Sequence record: SRR31156797_3768
DNA length: 64,000 bases
Direction: 5' to 3' (one strand)
Positions 1 through 9,065 of this stretch are shown piece by piece. Numbering within the stretch: position 1 is the stretch's first letter; every line of letters starts with the position of its first letter. The notes below the pieces were generated by a model that saw only the letters and a list, made by a program, of their open reading frames with translations, searched no databases and was not told the origin of the DNA. Both the position numbers and the translations under genes were made by a program.

Positions 1-10
1 GACCATTGGT

Positions 11-325
11 CTATCTTCCGCCGGGCAAATAGTTACGCTCGGGGTTGTAGCGGCGAATGATCTTATTTTCAGCAAGTACGTGCTCATAATAATAAACAGG
101 CGCATCCTTAGTCTCTAGTCGAAAAACAAAGACGAGCGGAACCTTTAAGACGGAATAGCGCGCGGGGATCGCAATATATGATTTTTGATTGCGCTCCATC
201 GTCAATGCGAATTCATCAAACAAAAGCGCCACTGGTGTGGGAAAGTTTACCAATTCATAATAGTGTTTTTCAAATGCATAGGTTTCTTGTTTTGCATAAG
301 CGATTTTTGCAGCTGGCATACGCAT
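11..325 (-). CDS. Small hypothetical protein (104 aa), resembles DUF5960-type proteins; SOS box upstream
   Basis: GAGGTG RBS directly before ATG; TTTACA-17-TATAAT promoter upstream; family resemblance is from memory only. Confidence 0.7.
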   Translation of the reverse strand: MRMPAAKIAYAKQETYAFEKHYYELVNFPTPVALLFDEFALTMERNQKSYIAIPARYSVLKVPLVFVFRLETKDAPVYYYEHVLAENKIIRRYNPERNYLPGGR

Positions 326-338
326 TCACCTCACTTGA

Positions 339-367
339 ATTATACGAACGTTTGTTCTGATTGTAAA
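339..367 (-). promoter_or_regulatory. SigA promoter with a LexA (Cheo/SOS) box in its spacer
   Basis: Minus strand -35 TTTACA (362-367), 17-nt spacer, -10 TATAAT (339-344); CGAACGTTTGTTCT at 345-358 fits GAAC-N4-GTTC. Confidence 0.8.
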
Positions 368-481
368 GTGGAAAATCGCCAGACGAGGAAAAAGGGGGTG
401 CGTTCTCTATGAAAAAGATGTTTTGCTAACAAGAAATTTGCTACACTAGAGGAAAGAAGGAATCAAAAAGGAGCAGATATC

Positions 482-832
482 ATGGATTATGAACGCTTTG
501 CACGATTACAGGCACGCTTTACCGATGAAAAACTGCTGACCAATGAAGGGTTCTATCGGTTGCGCTTGTCAGGGAAGGCGCAGTTCGAACTAGCCTTTAT
601 CAAAACTGGACCTTGTGGCGAGTCTGTCTACCAGCCGCTGATCAAGGGCACTTTTTCTGAAAAAGAAGCAATCCCTACCTATTTGCTGGATCTTGCGGCG
701 CAACCTATGACGCAAATCAGTCAGCGAGCCTCCGAAAATGCAGCCGTGTTAGATAAAGCATTCGTAGAATTAATGGAAAAATGTGAGCAGGCAGTTGCCG
801 TCAACGAAACCGCACAAGAAGCCGCACGTTAA
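482..832 (+). CDS. Hypothetical protein (116 aa)
   Basis: AAAGGAG RBS, protein-like composition, terminator downstream; no motif recognised. Confidence 0.7.
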   Translation: MDYERFARLQARFTDEKLLTNEGFYRLRLSGKAQFELAFIKTGPCGESVYQPLIKGTFSEKEAIPTYLLDLAAQPMTQISQRASENAAVLDKAFVELMEKCEQAVAVNETAQEAAR

Positions 833-884
833 TTAGCGCGACAAAGATACAAGAGCCGCCTGAACCTGATTTTTTACACCAAGC

Positions 885-928
885 AAAAAAACGATCCTGA
901 CAAGATTCCTTGCCAAAGATCGTTTTTT
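885..928. terminator. Bidirectional intrinsic terminator
   Basis: AAAAAAACGATC...GATCGTTTTTT hairpin between convergent genes. Confidence 0.7.
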
Positions 929-952
929 ATTTTCCCGTGGTGATTAGTGTCC

Positions 953-1696
953 TCATTCGCCGAAGTGGTCTGAGAAGCCTTGTTGCTTCATAAAGGCAGC
1001 GACATCTGGACGTCGCGGTTCACGGAAAAATTCCGTCATTTTCGTTTGCCAATTGGTTTGCTGTTGATTGCTGCTGCGCTGTGCATAATAGGCTTCCGTC
1101 GTTTGGTTGTACTGGGCTGTTTGCTCCTGCGTCAGCGGTTGATACTGATCGACACTTACGATCGCTTCTTGAGGCAAGCGGACTTTCGGCTCATTTCTAT
1201 GTTGCGGATAACCGATCGTCAAGCCGAATAACGGAAACGTCAATTTTGGTAAGCCGACAAGTTCTGCGATACGAGGCAAATCATTGCGGATGCCGCCGAT
1301 GTAGCAAATTCCTAAGTCTTGTGCTTCAGCATATGCTACCATATTTTGGGCAGCGATCGTCGTATCAACGACAGACACAATAAACGGTTCCATCGTGATT
1401 AAGTGGGTATCCGGCAACCCTGCTTGGGTCAGCAGCTGCTGATGCTTATGTAAGTCGGCGACAAAAAGATAGAAGACGCCCGTTCGAGTAATGTAATTTG
1501 GGGCACCGGCAATTTTTTCGATGGCAGCCAGTTTTTCAGGATCACTGACCTCAATGATCGAATAGGCTTGAACAAAGTTCGAACTGGAACCGCTCTGGGC
1601 AACCGTTACTAATTTTTGCTTGAGTTCCTTTGATAGTGGGCGTGGTTGAAAATCTCTGACAGAGCTGTGGCGGGTAAAAGTATCAAAAAGATCCAT
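953..1696 (-). CDS. NADPH-dependent flavin oxidoreductase / nitroreductase, NfsA/NfrA family
   Basis: HSSVRDF, SSSNFVQAYSII, GICYIGGIRN, FPLFGLTIGYP, KVRLP motifs; start re-set to ATG 1696 after AGGAGG. Confidence 0.9.
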   Translation of the reverse strand: MDLFDTFTRHSSVRDFQPRPLSKELKQKLVTVAQSGSSSNFVQAYSIIEVSDPEKLAAIEKIAGAPNYITRTGVFYLFVADLHKHQQLLTQAGLPDTHLITMEPFIVSVVDTTIAAQNMVAYAEAQDLGICYIGGIRNDLPRIAELVGLPKLTFPLFGLTIGYPQHRNEPKVRLPQEAIVSVDQYQPLTQEQTAQYNQTTEAYYAQRSSNQQQTNWQTKMTEFFREPRRPDVAAFMKQQGFSDHFGE

Positions 1697-1806
1697 CGTT
1701 TTTCCTCCTGTAACGTACAAATTTCTTTCTTCTTTAGTGTAACAGAAAAAAAGGAATGGGAACAAAAAGAATGTTTTCAAAAAATTTTCAAATTGATGTT
1801 TTATAG

Positions 1807-1835
1807 TTGCCAAGCACAACAGTTTCCGTTATGAT
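1807..1835 (+). promoter_or_regulatory. SigA-type promoter for the riboswitch/ATPase leader
   Basis: TTGCCA-17-TATGAT. Confidence 0.6.
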
Positions 1836-1857
1836 AATGATACATTCTTATTATTAT

Positions 1858-1988
1858 TCCTTAGGGGAGTAACCGGTGGCGCAAGCTGCGATAATATCAA
1901 CAGTAAGTAAGCTGGCGACAGCTTTCTGGTATTATTTGAAATGGTGAGACCTAAGACAAGCGTATACTTGTCTTAGGTCTCTTTTTTT
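1858..1988 (+). ncRNA. yybP-ykoY (Mn2+-sensing) riboswitch with overlapping terminator
   Basis: TTAGGGGAGTA 5' signature and GGTGAGACCTAAG 3' signature; P1 CTTAGG/CCTAAG; competing terminator GAGACCTAAGACAAG-cgtata-CTTGTCTTAGGTCTC-T7 (1946-1988); lies upstream of a P-type ATPase. Confidence 0.88.
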
Positions 1989-2033
1989 CTAGCAGAGTGC
2001 CTAAGGAAAATAAAATTAAAAGGGGCAAAAAAA

Positions 2034-4697
2034 TTGGCGAAAGAAATGTATCAAAAAGAAATCTCGGAAATTATGGCAGAGGTCCAGAGCAGTCCAGAGG
2101 GGTTGACGCAGCAAGAGGCAGCCAAGCGGTTAGAAAATGGCCTGAACCAGCTGAAGGAAGCACCTAAGAAATCAAGCTTTGCCTTATTCTTAGATACCTT
2201 CAAAGATGCGATGGTGATCGTCTTGTTGATTGTGGCAATCATCCAAATGGTTATGGGTGCCCACGTTGAGTCGATCGTTATCTTTGCAGTACTCTTGTTG
2301 AATTCCGTCGTCAGTGTGATTCAAACGAAAAAAGCCGAAGGGTCGTTAGACGCTTTGAAAAGCTTGTCGGCACCGGATGCTAACGTCATTCGGGATGGCA
2401 AAGAACAAAGTGTGCTGGCGAAAGAATTGGTTGTCGGCGATATCGTTATTTTAGAAGCTGGGGACTATGTACCAGCAGATGGTCGATTGATTGAAGAGGG
2501 TTCTTTGAAGGTCGATGAAGGAATGCTGACTGGGGAATCAACGCCAGCGGAAAAAGAATTAGGTGTGATCGATCGTACCGCACCGATCGGCGACCGTGAC
2601 AACATGGTCTTCAGTGGAACGATCGTCACTTATGGGCGTGGTCGGTTTATCGTAACCGCGACTGGTAATGTGACGGAAATCGGTCAAGTGGCTGGCTTAT
2701 TGGAAAGTACGGTTGAACACAAAACGCCATTGCAACGAGGACTGGACAGCTTCAGTAAAAAACTTAGCTTGGCGATCTTGGTCCTTTCATTGATTATTTT
2801 AGGGGTCCAAGTAGCACGTTTGTTCTTAGGTGACGGAACTGGTGATATGACGGAAGACTTAGTCAACGCCTTTATGTTTGCGGTAGCCGTAGCCGTTGCA
2901 GCGATTCCAGAAGCCTTGCAATCGATCGTGACGATTGTCCTTTCGATCGGAACAAAACAAATGGCGAAGCGTCATGCCATCATTCGAAAACTACCAGCGG
3001 TTGAAACATTGGGTTCAACGAGTATCGTTTGTACAGATAAGACAGGGACCTTGACCCAAAACAAAATGACTGTTGTTGACTACTATTTACCAAATGGGCA
3101 AACGGGCACGTTCTCCGATGAGCCAACTACCTGGACATTACCTGAAAAACGCTTGGTAGAAATCAGTGTCTTGGCAAATGATGCTGCCATCAGTGAAGAT
3201 GGGGCGAAGCTAGGCGACCCTACTGAAATTGCTTTTCTGGATTACAGTGAGAAACTAAATCAGCCATATCGGGCGATTCGTCAACAGCTTCCTCGTTTGC
3301 AAGAATTGCCTTTCGATTCTGATCGTAAATTGATGTCCACCTTACATGAGATCGATGGCGAACATTTGTTGTTGACCAAAGGTGGTCCAGACATCGTCTT
3401 TGGCCGCAGTACCAAAGTCTTGATCGATGATCAAGTCGTTCCTTTAACAGATGAAATCAGAAATAAATTGCAGCATCAAAACGAAGAATTCTCAAAACGG
3501 GCATTACGGGTCTTGGCGTTTGCTTACCGTCCATTGACCGATATCCAATCACGAGAATTGACACTTGAGGATGAAAACGAGCTGATTTTGGTTGGTTTGA
3601 TGGCAATGATCGATCCTCCTCGTAAAGAAGTCAAACAAGCCGTAGCAGATGCCAAATCTGCCGGTATCAAAACAGTTATGATCACAGGGGACCACAAAAC
3701 GACAGCCGTGGCGATCGCACAAGAGATCGGTATTTCAGCTGAGGGCGACTTAGCCTTGACTGGTACGGAATTGGATGCTCTTTCTGAAACCGAACTAGCG
3801 GATCAATTAGACAAAATCACGGTTTATGCTCGTGTTTCGCCGGAAAACAAAATCCGTATCGTGCGGGCTTGGCAAGACAAAGGCAAGATCTCTGCCATGA
3901 CCGGAGATGGGGTCAATGATGCACCCGCCTTGAAACAAGCGGATATCGGGATCGCAATGGGAACCGGAACGGACGTTGCCAAAGATGCAGCGGCGATGGT
4001 CTTGACGGATGATAACTTTGCCTCGATCATTCGTGCCGTAGAAGTTGGCCGAAACGTCTTTGACAACATCAAAAAAGCCATTTCGTATTTGTTTGCTGGA
4101 AACTTAGGTGCGATCATTGCGATCGTCTTTGCCTTAGTGATGGGTTGGGACAATCCATTTACTGCCTTGCAGCTACTCTTTATCAACTTAGTCAACGACT
4201 CATTACCAGCAATTGCTCTGGGAATGGAAAAAGCCGAACCAACCATCATGCAACGTCAGCCTAGAGATCCAAATGCAGGTATCTTCACTGGAAAAACTTT
4301 GATCTCAGTAACGTATCGCGGTATTTTGATTGCCGCTGTCGTGATTTTGGCACAATGGTTAGGGATGAGCCAATCACCTGAGTTAGGTGTAGCGATGGCC
4401 TTCTCAACACTTATCTGGAGCCGGACATTGCAAACATTACCAGCACGCTCAAACACTGAGACTGCTTGGCAAGCTGGCCTTTTTGCCAATAAAATGGTAT
4501 GGCTGGCGATCGTCGTTTGTGGTGGACTATACAGCATTACCTTGATTCCTGGCATCCGTGAAGTCTTTGCGATTCCAGCAACCTTCACTTTAGGACATGT
4601 CGGTCTATGTATCGCAATGGCTGCTGTGGCAGTTGTTTTGATGGAAATCACGAAACTGATTATTATTGCCGTTCAAAAACGTCAAGGAAACGCCTAA
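2034..4697 (+). CDS. Type II cation-translocating P-type ATPase (YoaB/pneumococcal MgtA-like Ca2+/Mn2+ exporter)
   Basis: TGES, IPEAL, DKTGTLT, MITGD, MTGDGVNDAP motifs; TTG start; riboswitch context. Confidence 0.93.
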   Translation: MAKEMYQKEISEIMAEVQSSPEGLTQQEAAKRLENGLNQLKEAPKKSSFALFLDTFKDAMVIVLLIVAIIQMVMGAHVESIVIFAVLLLNSVVSVIQTKKAEGSLDALKSLSAPDANVIRDGKEQSVLAKELVVGDIVILEAGDYVPADGRLIEEGSLKVDEGMLTGESTPAEKELGVIDRTAPIGDRDNMVFSGTIVTYGRGRFIVTATGNVTEIGQVAGLLESTVEHKTPLQRGLDSFSKKLSLAILVLSLIILGVQVARLFLGDGTGDMTEDLVNAFMFAVAVAVAAIPEALQSIVTIVLSIGTKQMAKRHAIIRKLPAVETLGSTSIVCTDKTGTLTQNKMTVVDYYLPNGQTGTFSDEPTTWTLPEKRLVEISVLANDAAISEDGAKLGDPTEIAFLDYSEKLNQPYRAIRQQLPRLQELPFDSDRKLMSTLHEIDGEHLLLTKGGPDIVFGRSTKVLIDDQVVPLTDEIRNKLQHQNEEFSKRALRVLAFAYRPLTDIQSRELTLEDENELILVGLMAMIDPPRKEVKQAVADAKSAGIKTVMITGDHKTTAVAIAQEIGISAEGDLALTGTELDALSETELADQLDKITVYARVSPENKIRIVRAWQDKGKISAMTGDGVNDAPALKQADIGIAMGTGTDVAKDAAAMVLTDDNFASIIRAVEVGRNVFDNIKKAISYLFAGNLGAIIAIVFALVMGWDNPFTALQLLFINLVNDSLPAIALGMEKAEPTIMQRQPRDPNAGIFTGKTLISVTYRGILIAAVVILAQWLGMSQSPELGVAMAFSTLIWSRTLQTLPARSNTETAWQAGLFANKMVWLAIVVCGGLYSITLIPGIREVFAIPATFTLGHVGLCIAMAAVAVVLMEITKLIIIAVQKRQGNA

Positions 4698-4699
4698 AG

Positions 4700-4736
4700 A
4701 AAAAAACGTATCGATCCTTTGATCGATACGTTTTTT
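4700..4736. terminator. Bidirectional intrinsic terminator
   Basis: AAAAAAACGTATCGATC-cttt-GATCGATACGTTTTTT. Confidence 0.85.
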
Positions 4737-4754
4737 GTCGTTTATCCTCACTGC

Positions 4755-6893
4755 TTAGTTGATTTTTTTCAGCTGACTGATTTGGGCAGCGACTTGCTTC
4801 AAGAAGGCTTCTTGACCAGCTGGCTGTTCTTGGCTGTAAAGGTAGGCTTCGTATTGCTGCGTCAAGCGGATAAAATCACCATGGAACAGTGGATAGAATG
4901 CTTCGAGTCGTTGGGCATAATCGATCAACGGCTCCGCCTCGTTACGGTACAGAACTTTCGTCGTTTGCCGTAAAAACAAAGGATAGGCAGCAACTAGCGG
5001 CTGTTTGTTAAAGCGGCAGATCAACCATAAATGAATACGGAAAAACGAATGGCGGAAATAGAAAAGCAGGCCAAGTCCTAAGATAGCTAAGCCTCCAAAG
5101 AAGCCATTGCGCAGCGTTTGTTTCAGCTCCTCAGTCAACCAAACATCATCGGTAACCGCGGCTGTTGCAGAACTGCTGGTCGTGGTTTCACTACTTTCTG
5201 TTTCCGTATTGCTCGTTGGTGTTGTCTCGCTGCTAGCGGTCGGTGTTTCTTCGGAGCTAGTAGATTCTTGCGTCAACACGGGACGATCTGGATTTTGGAA
5301 ACTAGGTGTCGGTTCAAAAGGCACCCAGCCGTATCCGTCAAAGTAGACTTCCACCCATGAGTGGGCATTCAAGTTACGGACAGTATAAGTAGTGATGCCG
5401 TTTTCTGTCACGGGGGATCCAGGAGAAAAGCCTTTAGCCCAGCGAGCAGGGATCTCTAAACTCCGTAGTAGAACGACCATTGCCGTGGAAAAATTGTCGC
5501 AGTAGCCGACTTGTGATTCAAATAAAAATTGATCAACGTAATCTTGCTCTTCTGCAGGCACGACGGCATCGGTCTTGGAATAGCGAAATACTAGCGGATC
5601 TTTCAAATAGCTTTCAATTGCGGTGACTCGGTCAAACAGACTGTTGCTGTCAGTGGTGATCTCAGCGGCGAGATCTCGTACCCGCTGCGGCAAAGAATCG
5701 GGTAATTGGATATAATCGATCGGAGAATCCGGATAGATCAAAGGCAGATTTTGAAGATTTTCTGCGGAAAAATCTGGATGGTCCCAATCGAGGGTCAAGG
5801 CCGTGTCTGGTAGCGAATCAATCAAATCGACCCGTTGAATAGCGTCGCTGATTTGAAAGCCACGTGCGCCGCTTTCAAGGGATAACCTACTGCGGCCATA
5901 GGGCAATGGCACATAGTCTCCATGGTTTTGGAATTGGATCCGCACTTGTTCATTCTCAGGATAGGTTTGTTGATAGCTCTGGTCAGCGATGGTGACATCG
6001 TCTGCTTCCAAGCGAACGTCTTCGCGGCTCGTACTGATCCAGCCTTTACCAGAATAAAAGTCTTTGCTTTCCACCCGCCAGTAATGCGGGGTTTCTTGTT
6101 GCGCTTCAAATAAAATCGTCGCATCATCAAGTAGTGGTCCGCCTAATTGACGATCATTTTCACTGAAACCAGTCCGAGAACCAGTGGGGGTGCCATGTTC
6201 TTCAATAAACTGATAAAAACTCAGCTGATTCAGATTTGTCCGTATAGGCGTGGAACTAGCTGCCAATTGTTCTCGCACGCTTGTTTGCGGCAAGTAGACA
6301 GCAGTGACGGCTAATCCACCAATCAATAGCATCACGCCGAACCAGGGGGTGATCGTTTGACTGGATTGAAAGGCGCTGCGCTGGATCATGGAAGAAGCCA
6401 GCGCGCAAAGAAAAATACCGATCAAATGCCACGTCAAATCAAATTGATTAAAAATCACGACTGTCAGCAAGTAGCCGATCATGGTACCGTAAATCAAGAA
6501 AAAGCGTTGATAAGCAATCGGTAAGATCGCTAAAAACAAGGCCCAACTAACGATCAATGTCACCGCCGCCAGTTCGGTGATATAGCCGACTTCACCACTG
6601 AGGATCTCTTGAAAGGCACGGTGCAGGTCTAGCCAAAAACGCAGTAGCCAATCAAAAGAAAAGGCAGTCCCATAAGGAAAGATCCGATACAAGACGATCA
6701 GCCAAGCGGCTGCCAGCAAAGGCAAACTGTAACGGACTTTCGGCACGATGGTCAAAATCAAACAGACACTAAAGGCATAAGTTAAAAGGGTGAACTGATT
6801 GCCAAGGTCATAAACTGCGATAAACGGCAAGATCACCAGTGATAGACTGAGAAAGGTCAAAAGACCAATCAGTGCTTTCTTAATAAATCTCAT
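4755..6893 (-). CDS. Membrane-anchored transglutaminase-like domain protein (YebA/TgpA-like)
   Basis: Multi-TM N-terminus; GYCDNFS, AHSWVEVY, WVPFEPTP catalytic motifs; Ser/Thr-rich linker then C-terminal TM. Confidence 0.88.
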   Translation of the reverse strand: MRFIKKALIGLLTFLSLSLVILPFIAVYDLGNQFTLLTYAFSVCLILTIVPKVRYSLPLLAAAWLIVLYRIFPYGTAFSFDWLLRFWLDLHRAFQEILSGEVGYITELAAVTLIVSWALFLAILPIAYQRFFLIYGTMIGYLLTVVIFNQFDLTWHLIGIFLCALASSMIQRSAFQSSQTITPWFGVMLLIGGLAVTAVYLPQTSVREQLAASSTPIRTNLNQLSFYQFIEEHGTPTGSRTGFSENDRQLGGPLLDDATILFEAQQETPHYWRVESKDFYSGKGWISTSREDVRLEADDVTIADQSYQQTYPENEQVRIQFQNHGDYVPLPYGRSRLSLESGARGFQISDAIQRVDLIDSLPDTALTLDWDHPDFSAENLQNLPLIYPDSPIDYIQLPDSLPQRVRDLAAEITTDSNSLFDRVTAIESYLKDPLVFRYSKTDAVVPAEEQDYVDQFLFESQVGYCDNFSTAMVVLLRSLEIPARWAKGFSPGSPVTENGITTYTVRNLNAHSWVEVYFDGYGWVPFEPTPSFQNPDRPVLTQESTSSEETPTASSETTPTSNTETESSETTTSSSATAAVTDDVWLTEELKQTLRNGFFGGLAILGLGLLFYFRHSFFRIHLWLICRFNKQPLVAAYPLFLRQTTKVLYRNEAEPLIDYAQRLEAFYPLFHGDFIRLTQQYEAYLYSQEQPAGQEAFLKQVAAQISQLKKIN

Positions 6894-7933
6894 CCTACCA
6901 CCTCCTCAAGTTCATTCAACTGCCTCATTAAATCAGCGTAGGTAAACACTTGGCAGCTGTTTTTTGCTTCCAACTGACTGAGGTAGTTTTCCAGTTGTGG
7001 GGTGAAAACCGGGGTAATGAAGATAAGATGGCTGCCAGTCAAGAGCGGTACTCCTTCAGGAACTTTCTCGAAGGGAAGGATCTGGGCATAGGCAGCGGCA
7101 TCCGTTTGGTAAGGGGAAGTCAATCCGTCACCAATCAAGAGCGGCTGAAAAAGTCGTTGATTTTGTGAGAAATGGTGGATCGAATAAAACAGTGTCAAGG
7201 TCTCTTCAAAAGCAGGATGATCTTCTCCCCAAAAGAGCAGAAAGATGTCTTGTTCTTCTTCGTATTCTCGTTCGCGATAGATCAATTCCTGTTGTTTGCT
7301 GGATAATTTCCAATCGATATTTTTTAATGAATCCCCTAACTGGTATTGACGGAACTGTCGAATAGAAAAATTGGGTTCCCCGTGGGTTTGGCTGCGGACT
7401 TGCTGTTTAAAAAATGGCAATAGGGCAACGGCTTCTAGCTTCAATTTCGGTAGGATCAAAATCGATTGTTTCGCACCTGCAGCGTAGCTTTTTTCAAAAA
7501 AGCCAAAAAGATCATGGCTGTACAATTGAACGGGCAATTCTTCATAGCTGCCGCGCTCCTTTGGGGTCCAAGGCAGATGGAGCCGAATCAGATTGCCTCG
7601 ATAAAAGGCGCTGTGATGACTATTCTTGAAACGATCGTCAAACTGCAAGGTGAAATCGACCAGCGGCAGCAGCGTCGGGCGATACTTGAAGACTTGCAGC
7701 GGTAAGGTGATCGCTGTCTGTGTTTCAGCTTGGATCGATTCTTCTAAAACGATTTGGACCTTCTTGAGGGAGGGCAGCAAGAATACTGCGTCAAGCAACA
7801 ATAACAGAGTCAGTAAAAACCAGAGGCTCCAACCGGCATTATTATTAAAGATCACACAGTAAGCCAGCAGCAAAAAATAGGCAGCGCTAAACAACAGGAG
7901 GCGCTGCACGCGTTCAAGCTTTTTTTTCTTCAT
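6890..7933 (-). CDS. DUF58 domain membrane protein (YeaD-like)
   Basis: RQYQLGDSLKNIDWKLSSK motif; two N-terminal TM helices; between moxR and transglutaminase. Confidence 0.85.
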   Translation of the reverse strand: MKKKKLERVQRLLLFSAAYFLLLAYCVIFNNNAGWSLWFLLTLLLLLDAVFLLPSLKKVQIVLEESIQAETQTAITLPLQVFKYRPTLLPLVDFTLQFDDRFKNSHHSAFYRGNLIRLHLPWTPKERGSYEELPVQLYSHDLFGFFEKSYAAGAKQSILILPKLKLEAVALLPFFKQQVRSQTHGEPNFSIRQFRQYQLGDSLKNIDWKLSSKQQELIYREREYEEEQDIFLLFWGEDHPAFEETLTLFYSIHHFSQNQRLFQPLLIGDGLTSPYQTDAAAYAQILPFEKVPEGVPLLTGSHLIFITPVFTPQLENYLSQLEAKNSCQVFTYADLMRQLNELEEVVG

Positions 7934-7935
7934 CG

Positions 7936-8874
7936 CTATTTCCTCGTAGGGACAGGCACCCGTTGGATCATCTGTTTCATCAAATCTGAAAGGGTCTCCG
8001 CGCTAGCATGAACGCCGCCTTTCAGTAATAAACGATGACCGAAGACTGCTGGTAAAATTCGCTGCAAGTCTTGCGGCGTGACAAAGGTCCGTCCTTCCGT
8101 CAACGCTAACGCTTTTGCCCCTTTTAAGAAGGCGATCCCACCACGAGGACTGATACCAAGGTCAATGGCATTATGCTGGCGGCTCGCTTGAACCAGCTGC
8201 AATGCGTAACGGGCGACCCGCTCATCGACATACACGTCGTCCACCATCGCTTTCAAAGCGGTCACTTCATCAGCATGTAAAATGGTTTGGATCTGATCCA
8301 AGCTTTGCTGTCGTTTTCCAGTCAAGAGGGCGAGCTCATCTTGAAAATCTGGGTAACCGATATGCAGGCGGAACAAAAAACGATCCAATTGGGCTTCAGG
8401 CAAAGGATACGTTCCTTCATATTCGATTGGGTTTTGGGTAGCTAACACAAAAAAGTGGGGACTCAATGGGTACGTTTGATTGTCGATGGTGACATGATTT
8501 TCTGACATGGCTTCTAAGAGCGAGGCTTGCGTCCTTGGTGTGGTTCGGTTGATCTCATCTGCCAGGAGGACGGAGGTGAAGATCGGGCCGGGACGAAACT
8601 CGAACTGGTGGCTTTGGGAATTAAAAATCGACACACCTAACACATCGTTAGGCAAAAGGTCTGGGGTAAACTGTACCCGTTTGTAGTCACTTTGAATGGC
8701 TTTGGCTAATGATTTGACCAACATCGTTTTCCCAACACCGGGGATATCTTCGAATAAAACGTGTCCACCAGCAAGCAGCGCAGCCACGGTAAATTGGATC
8801 ACATCTCGTTTGCCTAAAATCACTTTTTCCACTTCTGCGATCAAGGCATCAATTTTTTGTAATTCAGCGGTCAT
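7936..8874 (-). CDS. MoxR family AAA+ ATPase (YeaC-like)
   Basis: EDIPGVGKT, RVQFTPDLLP, LLADEINR, ATQNPIE, LPEAQLDRF, SPRG. Confidence 0.95.
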   Translation of the reverse strand: MTAELQKIDALIAEVEKVILGKRDVIQFTVAALLAGGHVLFEDIPGVGKTMLVKSLAKAIQSDYKRVQFTPDLLPNDVLGVSIFNSQSHQFEFRPGPIFTSVLLADEINRTTPRTQASLLEAMSENHVTIDNQTYPLSPHFFVLATQNPIEYEGTYPLPEAQLDRFLFRLHIGYPDFQDELALLTGKRQQSLDQIQTILHADEVTALKAMVDDVYVDERVARYALQLVQASRQHNAIDLGISPRGGIAFLKGAKALALTEGRTFVTPQDLQRILPAVFGHRLLLKGGVHASAETLSDLMKQMIQRVPVPTRK

Positions 8875-9065
8875 GAAACAACCTCCTTGCGTTCTTTTCT
8901 TCTATTGTAACGGTTTTCTAGGACTGTCGCAATTTTCGTGTAACAATTAAAGAAAATTTCAAGAATATTCAAAAAAAGGAAAATCCTGCCTGCGGGTTTG
9001 CGGAAAAAAGCAAAAAACTTCCGAAGCGGTTCGTCGGAAGTTTGCGTTTGATAGAAAAGAAGCGA

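Noticed and set aside
1697-1819. N-terminal extensions given by the ORF track (nitroreductase, HAD, GH125, YesM/N, MFS, dehydrogenase, GNAT, frdA, rnmV, metI)
   Set aside because: Internal starts have proper RBSs and match family N-termini; the extensions run through promoters or neighbouring genes.
5150-5280. Ser/Thr/Glu-rich stretch as a tandem repeat
   Set aside because: Low-complexity protein linker with no nucleotide-level periodic unit.
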